Made by a program: the position numbers and the translations under genes. The notes below the pieces were generated by a model. The model did no database searches, was not told the DNA's origin, and saw only the letters and a program-made list of their open reading frames with translations. A DNA stretch of 64,000 bases from NCBI GenBank assembly GCA_017445245.1, contig JAFSUM010000012.1, positions 10,067 through 74,066 of the forward strand, read 5' to 3'. Below, piece by piece: positions 7,395-15,035 of this stretch (the stretch's first letter is position 1; each line of letters opens with the position of its first letter). This DNA comes from Bacilli bacterium (lineage in GTDB: Bacteria > Bacillota_I > Bacilli_A > RFN20 > CAG-826).

Positions 7395-9113
7395 TTATTC
7401 TCCTTTCATGAATTCTTTCATCGCTTCCCAACGGGCATGGCGACGTTGAACGTGGAAATGATGGGCTTCCTCGCCGATATTGGCTACCGCATAGGCGGCG
7501 GGGAGAATTTCAAGTCGGCCTAAGAACATGCCGATGGTATAAACCCAGACCACGACCAGGGCCGCCCCCGAAGCGTTCTCGGCCACAAAATCCGGACCGA
7601 TGACCGCGCTAAGGCCGGTATTGGAAATCGCGCTGGCGACGTCAAAGGCCGCGCTTTGCAAATCATACTGGGGTCCGCCGGCAATCAAAACGACGATCAT
7701 CGAAATGCCGAAGAGGCCCAGGAAGAGCGTCATGTATTGATACGCGTCTTTGGCCATGTTCTCGTCGATTTCCTGCACATCGCCATAACGGGTGATGAGT
7801 TTCGGGTAGCGTTGGTGGACCGAGGCGAAGCGATAACGAAGCGAATAGTAGATGCTGCGGAAAATGGCGACCAGACGGAACTGTTTGATACCACCAGCCG
7901 TAGAGCCCGAAGCGCCACCGGCGAGCATCATAAACGTGCAGACGAGGATAACGATGTGACCCATGTATATGGTTCCGCCCGGAACGTTAATCAGATGGAA
8001 CATGAAGTGGGTGCCATCGGATGTCGTCGTGGCGAAACCGGATGTCGTCACAGAGCCCACCGTATAGAAGAGGACCTGACGGAAGATTTCCCCTGCCCCG
8101 TCGAAATAGGATTCACGAGCATTCGCGGTATAGGAAAGGGCGCCGAAGAAGGCGATGAGGACGCCGAACAAGACGAAGCCCGCGAAGAAGCGGATTTCGC
8201 TGTCGTTGAAGGCCCGCTTGAATTTGAAGCGAAGGAGGAAGGTGTGCATGACGAAGGAGAGGGCGCCCAAGATGACGAGGACGAGGATGATGATTTCAAT
8301 CGCCATCGAATTGACGGGGCGAATCCACCCATCAAGGAATTCGCCATCATGGATGCGGTAATAACCGACATTGGCGTCCCTGCAGGAGAAACCACCGCCT
8401 GAAATCGCGGACATCGAATGCGTGACCGCGTCAAATACAGGCATGCCAGCAACGATCAGGGCGACAAAGCCTAGGACCGCATAAAAGAGATAGATACCAA
8501 AGATGAGTTTGGCCGATTTGGCGATATTGGGGAGGAGTTTGTCGCTATGGCCTTCGGATACGTAAAGCGAAACGCCACCACCCGAGGAACCAAGCACGGA
8601 AGCAAGGATCAAAACCAAGCCCATGCCACCGACGAAGTTAAGCCAGGCGCGATGGAAGGTGAGAACATGGGGGCAAAAAGCGCCCTCGACGCCCACGTAA
8701 TCGCGGAAGAGGGTCAAACCGGTCGTCGTGTAGCCGGAAGTCGATTCGAATACCGATGCGGAAAAGCCCATATCGGAGAGGGTTCGCCCCATCAGGTGGA
8801 AGATGAAAAACGGAGCCGCACCAGAAAGGATGGCCAAAAGCCATGACAAGACGAGCAGCATCGACTCTTCGTGACGGACGAAGCGCATGCGCGGTTTTCG
8901 CCAAATGAAGACGAAATAGAGCACAAGGCCAACGATGACGTCGAAAGCGGTAACGCAGGCGTAGATCGGTAAGGCATGCCATTCCTCGTGATAGAAGGCG
9001 GGAATGATCATCGGGATGCCCGTAAGTAAGCCGACCAAGACCATGAAAACGCCAAAATACCCGAGAACCAGGCGGAAACCGGTGACTTTTTGTTTTTCGG
9101 CTAGTCCCTTCAT
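7395..9113 (-). CDS. trkH: TrkH/KtrB-family potassium uptake membrane subunit
   Basis: 572 aa and polytopic. It has repeated selectivity-filter-like segments TSGYTTTGL, ISGGGFS, TTSGFAT and SNTGLS. It overlaps the trkA-like gene by 4 nt. Confidence 0.85.
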   Translation of the reverse strand: MKGLAEKQKVTGFRLVLGYFGVFMVLVGLLTGIPMIIPAFYHEEWHALPIYACVTAFDVIVGLVLYFVFIWRKPRMRFVRHEESMLLVLSWLLAILSGAAPFFIFHLMGRTLSDMGFSASVFESTSGYTTTGLTLFRDYVGVEGAFCPHVLTFHRAWLNFVGGMGLVLILASVLGSSGGGVSLYVSEGHSDKLLPNIAKSAKLIFGIYLFYAVLGFVALIVAGMPVFDAVTHSMSAISGGGFSCRDANVGYYRIHDGEFLDGWIRPVNSMAIEIIILVLVILGALSFVMHTFLLRFKFKRAFNDSEIRFFAGFVLFGVLIAFFGALSYTANARESYFDGAGEIFRQVLFYTVGSVTTSGFATTTSDGTHFMFHLINVPGGTIYMGHIVILVCTFMMLAGGASGSTAGGIKQFRLVAIFRSIYYSLRYRFASVHQRYPKLITRYGDVQEIDENMAKDAYQYMTLFLGLFGISMIVVLIAGGPQYDLQSAAFDVASAISNTGLSAVIGPDFVAENASGAALVVVWVYTIGMFLGRLEILPAAYAVANIGEEAHHFHVQRRHARWEAMKEFMKGE

Positions 9114-9898
9114 TCTCCTGCCTTATCCGCCTTCTTTTGGGCTACGGATCTCCGGGTAGCACGTCTAGTAGGCACTTCTCCCGCATCTTCCCTGGCCGCG
9201 GCTTCCGCGAGTTTCTTGCGGACGGAAAGCGGCTCGGAAGATTCGGCTTGGATGTATTTGAGGAGTCTCTCCGCGTTGCCGGAAGCGGTGACCATCATAA
9301 GGGTGTCTTTCGGCCTTAGGGTAACCAAGCCGTTCGGGATGATGATGGCGTCGTTACGGTAAATAGCGGCAATCGAAGCGTACTTCGGGAAACGGATATC
9401 CTTGATGCTTTTGAAACAGACCGCATGGTTGGAAAAGACGACCGATTCGACGACCTGGATCTTGTTGTCGTCAAGAGTAAGAGTCTTCGTGAGGCTTTGC
9501 ATCGCCGATTCATTGGAAATGGACTGGGCCAAAAGGTAGGTTGAGGAAATGACGACGTCGAGGCCGAGTTTCTTATACAAATCAACGTTGCGGGGGTCAT
9601 CGACGACGCAGATGACCTTGCGAGCATTGAAAACGTTCTTTGCCATAAGGCAAGACGCATAGTTATCGGTGTCACGAGCGCATAACGCAAGGAAGATATC
9701 CGCATCAAAAGCGTCTGCGTCCTCTAGGACGGTACGGCGCCAGGGGTCGCCTTCGTAGACTTTGATCTTGCAACGGGAGACGATGCGCTGGGCAACGGTT
9801 CGGTTGGGGTTGATGACGATGAGCTGGTTCTTCTTGTCCTTGAACATCGAGATGATGAACTCAGCGTTGGAATTACCGCCCGCGATGACGATCTTCAT
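9110..9898 (-). CDS. TrkA-like regulatory subunit (degenerate TrkA-N plus TrkA-C) with basic C-terminal tail
   Basis: 262 aa. Rossmann-like N-terminus reads IAGGNSNAEF instead of GxGxxG. TrkA-C-like IAAIYRNDAIIIPNGLVTLRPKDTLMMV is present. Confidence 0.7.
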   Translation of the reverse strand: MKIVIAGGNSNAEFIISMFKDKKNQLIVINPNRTVAQRIVSRCKIKVYEGDPWRRTVLEDADAFDADIFLALCARDTDNYASCLMAKNVFNARKVICVVDDPRNVDLYKKLGLDVVISSTYLLAQSISNESAMQSLTKTLTLDDNKIQVVESVVFSNHAVCFKSIKDIRFPKYASIAAIYRNDAIIIPNGLVTLRPKDTLMMVTASGNAERLLKYIQAESSEPLSVRKKLAEAAAREDAGEVPTRRATRRSVAQKKADKAGE

Positions 9899-10311
9899 TA
9901 TTCTTCGACCCCCGACTTAAGCAGATTGAAACGGTCACGCGAGAGCTGGAACGGATAGATGGCCTTGATGTTCATCCCTTGGATGAGAAGGCCCATCGCA
10001 GGCTCGTCGAAGCGGACGTAAACGTAAGGAACTTCGTAGATTTTGGCACATAGATGAGCGAGAAAAAGCGAGATGTTGTCATCGCCCGTCGTGATGATGA
10101 CCTCGTTGGCGTTCAAAATACCCGCGTCGAGCAAGGCGTTCGGGTCGGTCGCGTCCGCTACTTTGGCGATGCCGGAAAAGTTGTCATCCAATTGGCTAAA
10201 GACGGCTTGGTTCGCGTCGACGACGATGACGTCGAGGCCACGGCGGGAAGAGTCGTTGGCGATGCTCGCACCAAGTTTTCCGCATCCGATGATGAACGTT
10301 TGGTTTCTCAT
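9898..10311 (-). CDS. trkA: TrkA-N (NAD-binding) domain protein
   Basis: 137 aa. IIGCGKLGASIA is a GxGxxG motif. 1-nt overlap with the next gene. Confidence 0.8.
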   Translation of the reverse strand: MRNQTFIIGCGKLGASIANDSSRRGLDVIVVDANQAVFSQLDDNFSGIAKVADATDPNALLDAGILNANEVIITTGDDNISLFLAHLCAKIYEVPYVYVRFDEPAMGLLIQGMNIKAIYPFQLSRDRFNLLKSGVEE

Positions 10312-10357
10312 GGTCGCTTGTCCTCCGATTCGCTAAAGACGGCGGGATTATATACCC

Positions 10358-10960
10358 CTATTTGCCTTCAGGCAACGTCTCCGGGCTAGGGTTCAGTTGG
10401 CTGATTATGGCGTTTGTCCCAAGCTTTGCTTCCAATTCGGCATAGACTTTTCGGGTCTTCTTCTTCTTTAGTCCCGCAAAGCCATTCTCGGCAAAAGACT
10501 TCAGGCAATAACGAACGTATTCCCTCGTCAAGGGAGCCAGATAATAACGCCCCTGCCGCTGCTCGAAATATTCATACGTCGTTGCCCCGTTGAAGCCTTT
10601 GGGGTCATAGCAAAAGGAAGCCGATAGCATGTCGCAGACATATTCGGTCGCATATTTCCAAGGCATCGCCTTCACGACGATGTTGCCGCGGAAGAAATCG
10701 GTCCAATATTCCCAGTGGTGCTTGTTCCGTTTGGTGTGATGCTGACAGATCTTGGAGAAGTAAGGATCCTTGAGTCTCTCGGCGTAGACGGGCGAATACT
10801 TGCCCGTGTAGTTTTTGACAGAACGGAAGAATTCGGTCGGATGGAATTTGGAGAGATCGTGGAAAAGGCAATGGAAACCAATCCCGCAATGGCAGCCATT
10901 TATAAAAACGTGCCAGCGGTGACGCGTAATAAGAAACAAATGTTTGAAAAACCTGCTCAT
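10358..10960 (-). CDS. DUF5662-like His-rich (HD-like) protein
   Basis: The ATG at 10960 forms an ATGA overlap with the Sir2 stop. CLFHDLSKFHPTEF and HHTKRNKHHWEYW motifs are present. The family assignment is from memory only. Confidence 0.5.
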   Translation of the reverse strand: MSRFFKHLFLITRHRWHVFINGCHCGIGFHCLFHDLSKFHPTEFFRSVKNYTGKYSPVYAERLKDPYFSKICQHHTKRNKHHWEYWTDFFRGNIVVKAMPWKYATEYVCDMLSASFCYDPKGFNGATTYEYFEQRQGRYYLAPLTREYVRYCLKSFAENGFAGLKKKKTRKVYAELEAKLGTNAIISQLNPSPETLPEGK

Positions 10961-11688
10961 TCGCCCAAAATCTCCGGCAAAACCCGCGTGCAATCCTCGT
11001 GGAGCACGATATCGAATTCGCGATCTAAAGGCGTCGGCTCCGCATTGATTAAGACACTTAGTTTGCCCCGAAAAAGACTAGGAATCGAGGCAAACGGATA
11101 GACGCGTAACGAGGTACCCGCCACGATCATAACGTCGCTAGAAGCAACTGCTTCCATACCCAGTTCGAACGCTACTTGGGGCAACGCCTCGCCATAGAGG
11201 ACGACATCGGGTTTGATGAGGCCACCGCACTCGGGGCAAACGGGGACGCCTTGCATCCTCAAATCGGAAAGCGCATAGGGGCGATGGCATTTAAGGCAAT
11301 GGTAACGAAGGACCGAACCATGGAGCTCGTAAACCTTTTTAGAACCCGCGAGGGTATGGAGTCCATCGATGTTCTGGGTCAGAATCGAGAGGTCATGGTT
11401 CTCTTCGAATTCAGCCAGGGCGAGATGGGCGGGATTAGGCTTGGCCTTAGGGGCCACCATCTCTTCCCAATAGAAGGCATAAAAACCTTTGGGGTCCGAA
11501 TAGAAATAGTCGCTAGAGAGCAGATCCTCGTAACGCATGCCGTCCGCCCGGATTTTGTTATAAAGGCCGTTCGGGGAACGGAAATCAGGGATGCCCGAAG
11601 CGACGGAAACCCCCGCGCCGCCCAAAAAGACGACCTTGCGGGCGGACGTAATCGCGTCGCGGATGCGCGTTCTTTGCACGTCGTTCAT
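10957..11688 (-). CDS. NAD-dependent protein deacylase, Sir2 family
   Basis: 243 aa. GAGVSVASGIPDFRSPNGLY, TQNIDGLH, and a zinc ribbon CLKC...CPECGG. Confidence 0.9.
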   Translation of the reverse strand: MNDVQRTRIRDAITSARKVVFLGGAGVSVASGIPDFRSPNGLYNKIRADGMRYEDLLSSDYFYSDPKGFYAFYWEEMVAPKAKPNPAHLALAEFEENHDLSILTQNIDGLHTLAGSKKVYELHGSVLRYHCLKCHRPYALSDLRMQGVPVCPECGGLIKPDVVLYGEALPQVAFELGMEAVASSDVMIVAGTSLRVYPFASIPSLFRGKLSVLINAEPTPLDREFDIVLHEDCTRVLPEILGE

Positions 11689-11766
11689 GGGGGTATTATC
11701 GCACGCGAGAGAAAAGCGGGCGAAAAAAGTTCCGCCAAGAGAAGAAAAACCGAGTACCCTTATTGC

Positions 11767-12540
11767 ATGACCGAGCGTCTAAAAGCCCTCTTCAGAAGTT
11801 TCGAATCCGGCGTGTGTCACCGCGGCTTTCATGACTTAAGCCGCCCTGAGAATTCCCTTCCCGCTTTTGCCCATGCGATCGAGAACGGATTCCCTTTCGA
11901 ATTCGACGTGCATCTTAGTCAGGACGACAAACTCGTCATCGGACACGATTCCGATTTGCTTCGCGTCACGGGCAAAGAAGGGATCATCGAGGAACTGACT
12001 GGGGACTATATCCAGGAAAACTATTCTTTTTTCGATGGTTCGCATCCCGCCTTCTTCGAAGAAGTCGTCGGATTAAACCGCGGTAAAGTGCCGATGGTCA
12101 TCGAATTAAAACCCTATCCCGGCATCGCTAGCCGCTTCGCCGACGTCGTTCTCCCCTACCTTGAAACCCTGCCACGCAAAGAGACGATCGTCGTCATCTC
12201 CTTTGACCGCGAGATCCTTAGGGAACTACGGAAACGGGGATGTAGCCTTCCTTTAGGATGGCTTCATAGCATCCAGACCATCAAAGGCATCACCATCGAA
12301 GACCTCGAAGAATTCGATTTCCTCGACGTCGAATCGCGTTCCCTCTTTCTTCATCCCCTATTCCGCAAATATGCAAGGCGTGGTAATCCCATCCTTTCTT
12401 GGACCATCCACGACCGCCTCACCTATTTCTGCGCCCATCGCCTCGCCCATGGCCTAACCTGGGAAATCGTCGACTCGCGGAAGCCCCCGAAGAAAATCAA
12501 CCGCTTCATCCAGCGGAAATACTGTCCGAAAACAAAATGA
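11767..12540 (+). CDS. Glycerophosphodiester phosphodiesterase
   Basis: The ATG at 11767 gives MTERL..CHRGFHD..ENSLPAF..GFPFEFDVHL..HD, the GDPD catalytic signature. The longer track ORF from 11176 is antisense to the Sir2 gene. Confidence 0.8.
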   Translation: MTERLKALFRSFESGVCHRGFHDLSRPENSLPAFAHAIENGFPFEFDVHLSQDDKLVIGHDSDLLRVTGKEGIIEELTGDYIQENYSFFDGSHPAFFEEVVGLNRGKVPMVIELKPYPGIASRFADVVLPYLETLPRKETIVVISFDREILRELRKRGCSLPLGWLHSIQTIKGITIEDLEEFDFLDVESRSLFLHPLFRKYARRGNPILSWTIHDRLTYFCAHRLAHGLTWEIVDSRKPPKKINRFIQRKYCPKTK

Positions 12541-12572
12541 GAAACATCGCATCAAAATGAGCGACGCTTTTT

Positions 12573-13745
12573 CTAGAACGCTAACGTATCAAGTTTTTTG
12601 GCTAAGCGGCGGATCTCGTTGATGCAGAGGTCCTTACGCGCCTTGTTTTCTGGTTCGTAGTGATGGACCCGCCAAAGCAGCAGCAGGAATCCGAGGAATT
12701 GGACCTTATCGATAATTTCTTTTTTCTCGGCTTCGCTCTTATTCGGATAAAGCCCATCAAACGTCGAATAGAAGAGTTTTTCCGAGAGACTAAAGGGAAT
12801 GCCTAGGAAGGCTTCCGAATTGCCAGGCTGCGTCATCTCATAGGCCAAATAGGTCAGAAAGATGGGGGAGAGATCGAAAATGCGATGCCCCTTCGACAAG
12901 GTATCCATGTCGATGAGGACGGGGTCATCCCCAACGAAGAAAATGTTTTTGATATGGCAATCGCCATGAACCATATATGGCACATCCGGAATCGAATCGA
13001 CGAGAGCTTTGATCTTGGCGTTGGTCGCTTTGTCGAAATCCTGCGCATCTTCCTCGATCCAGGTATAAGCCGCATCGAGAGAACGGGGCAAGTCATCCCC
13101 TTTCACCTCCGTCGAAGCGATGGTGTCGAGCAAATGGCAGTACGCCTTGATGTCTTTATCAAGGTTCTCCGGATGTTCGAGGATCCTCTTTTTGAAAGAA
13201 TCCGCGTCAATCAATTCGAAAACAGACCCATAACCGCCTTCCTTGATGCGGACAACGTCATAGGAAATCGCGGTGGGTATTCCAAGGACGAACGCCTTTT
13301 GGGCGAGTCGACGTTCCCTTTCGATATCGGAAACAGGATTGCCGCGGAAATATGTTTTGACGATGGTGTCGGGATTCAAGCGATACACCTTGCCATAGAA
13401 CCCCTCGCCGATAATCGGACAGCCTTCGATGGAAACGACGCGCATCGCCTTGCGGACGTCCATGATTTCGGTGAAGCCCGTCATCTGAAGAACGTCATAG
13501 ACATCGACGGAGGCGTTATCGATACGGAAAGATTCATGACCCTGCTTCATCTTGAGGAAGATGCGAAGGCCGACGCTAGAAACATAAGCCGTATCCAAAA
13601 GGTCAAGGACGAGGGTGCCGGGTTCGGGATTTGCCGCTAAGACGTTTTCTATCGCTGTGGAAACTTCAGTCGCGTTGCTCGTATCGACGCGGTTAGGAAG
13701 AAAAATGCGAAGCTCGCCGTTATCAAAGGTGTTCTTTAGTTCCAT
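12573..13745 (-). CDS. STAS domain fused to APH/choline-kinase-like phosphotransferase
   Basis: 390 aa. N-terminal SpoIIAA-like STAS (LVLDLLDTAYVSSVGL). C-terminal kinase catalytic loop HGDCHIKNIF and IDMD. AAGGAG SD upstream. Confidence 0.75.
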   Translation of the reverse strand: MELKNTFDNGELRIFLPNRVDTSNATEVSTAIENVLAANPEPGTLVLDLLDTAYVSSVGLRIFLKMKQGHESFRIDNASVDVYDVLQMTGFTEIMDVRKAMRVVSIEGCPIIGEGFYGKVYRLNPDTIVKTYFRGNPVSDIERERRLAQKAFVLGIPTAISYDVVRIKEGGYGSVFELIDADSFKKRILEHPENLDKDIKAYCHLLDTIASTEVKGDDLPRSLDAAYTWIEEDAQDFDKATNAKIKALVDSIPDVPYMVHGDCHIKNIFFVGDDPVLIDMDTLSKGHRIFDLSPIFLTYLAYEMTQPGNSEAFLGIPFSLSEKLFYSTFDGLYPNKSEAEKKEIIDKVQFLGFLLLLWRVHHYEPENKARKDLCINEIRRLAKKLDTLAF

Positions 13746-13754
13746 GGTAATTCT

Positions 13755-13789
13755 CCTTGAGGACTACTTTAGTAAATTGTCCTTCAAGG
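13755..13789 (-). promoter_or_regulatory. Hairpin whose 3' arm contains the SD of the STAS-kinase gene
   Basis: Minus strand reads CCTTGAAGGAC-N14-GTCCTCAAGG, directly continuing into AGAATTACCATG. The SD AAGGAG overlaps the 3' arm. Confidence 0.35.
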
Positions 13790-13811
13790 GTAGAAAAATA
13801 TAAAGAAAAAA

Positions 13812-15035
13812 CTAGCGGGAAAGATTGGCCAACATCAACTTCAAGCGGTTTTCCTGGTTGACGGAGGTGGACGAAGCATCGAAATCAAGAGGAACGATGT
13901 TCGCATTCGGGCAAAGCGCCTTGACGGGACGAACCATGCCCTTGCCGACGATATGGTTCGGCAAGCAGCCAAACGGCTGGACGACGACGATATTCGGGAC
14001 ATCGTTAGAAGCGAAACAGACCATCTCTGCCGGAATGAGCCAACCTTCGCCCATCTTCACGCCGATATCAATGACCTTTTTCCCGCAGGAAATAACCTCT
14101 TCGAAATCGTCATAAGGCAAAAACGCGGTACGCATGAGGGCCTTGTTCATCGATCTGGTGATGTGAAGTAGGTATCGATAGGCCAGTTTTAGAAGCGGAT
14201 AGCTCTTCTTGTTACGACCATAGTAATCGTGGTCGACGAGCCAGTTATAAAGGCAATACAAGACAAATTCATTTAGCGAGGGGAAAACGGGTTCGACATC
14301 CGAACGCAGCAAGAATTCGCAAAGCTCGTTATTGGCATAGGGGGAATACTTGACGTAGATCTCGCCGACAACGCCAACGCGAGGCTTACGCTTTCCGGTA
14401 GGCTGGAGTTTCGCAAAGCGGGATAGGAAGAATTTATAATTCTTTTGTCTGCGGTAGAACGAAGCTTTTCCAAGCTTTGCCTTGATATAAACCAGGCATT
14501 CTTCAAGGGCTGCATCGACCTCTTCTTTGGGATAATAAGCGCGGGCTTGATTGACGAGATTGGTCAGGAAATCGCCATAGAGGACACCATGGTAAAGTTC
14601 GAGCCCACTGCCCAGGGAAATGGGCAACGAAGTCTCTTTTTCCAAACCGGAGAAATTGAAAGAAAGAACGGGAACCTGCGGGAATTCCTTGGCAAAAGCT
14701 TTACGGAACAAAGCTAAATAGTTCGACGCGCGGCAACCACCACCCGTCTGAGAAATGATGACGGCGGTGTGGTCGAGATCATAATTCCCGGAACGCAGTT
14801 CGTGGATGAATGCGCCAGCGATGATGACGACAGGATAACAGGCATCGTTTTGAATCGCGGTCAATCCGTCATCTTTGGCCTCGCGACCATGCGGGGTGAC
14901 GATGACCATGTTGTAACCACGCCTGCGCATCCCCTCGGCGATGATGTTGAAATGAATCGGACACATGTCTGGGACGAGGATGGTGTATTTCTCTTTTCGG
15001 AGTTTGGCGAAAAGTTCTTTCCTTGCGTCAGCCAT
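13812..15035 (-). CDS. 2-hydroxyacyl-CoA dehydratase-like / activase-associated protein
   Basis: 407 aa with conserved Cys-containing segments (DACYP, GGGCRASNY, QPFGCLPNH). AAGGAGG SD. 8-nt overlap with the activase gene. Confidence 0.6.
   Translation of the reverse strand: MADARKELFAKLRKEKYTILVPDMCPIHFNIIAEGMRRRGYNMVIVTPHGREAKDDGLTAIQNDACYPVVIIAGAFIHELRSGNYDLDHTAVIISQTGGGCRASNYLALFRKAFAKEFPQVPVLSFNFSGLEKETSLPISLGSGLELYHGVLYGDFLTNLVNQARAYYPKEEVDAALEECLVYIKAKLGKASFYRRQKNYKFFLSRFAKLQPTGKRKPRVGVVGEIYVKYSPYANNELCEFLLRSDVEPVFPSLNEFVLYCLYNWLVDHDYYGRNKKSYPLLKLAYRYLLHITRSMNKALMRTAFLPYDDFEEVISCGKKVIDIGVKMGEGWLIPAEMVCFASNDVPNIVVVQPFGCLPNHIVGKGMVRPVKALCPNANIVPLDFDASSTSVNQENRLKLMLANLSR

Noticed and set aside
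6645-7523. 292-aa plus-strand ORF
   Set aside because: It runs antisense across the DUF3800 start region, the tRNA-Trp gene and the whole yqeY gene. It is low-complexity, Arg/Gly/Phe-rich, and has no recognisable domain.
10957-11688. Sir2 gene as part of a Thoeris/DSR-like defence system
   Set aside because: It is a 243-aa stand-alone sirtuin with the canonical GAGxSxxSGIPDFR motif and a Cys4 zinc ribbon. It has no SLOG, TIR or helicase partner and looks like a housekeeping CobB-type deacylase.
11176-11766. N-terminal 197-codon extension of the GDPD ORF
   Set aside because: The extension is antisense to the Sir2 gene. The GDPD homology (CHRGFHD..) begins right after the ATG at 11767.
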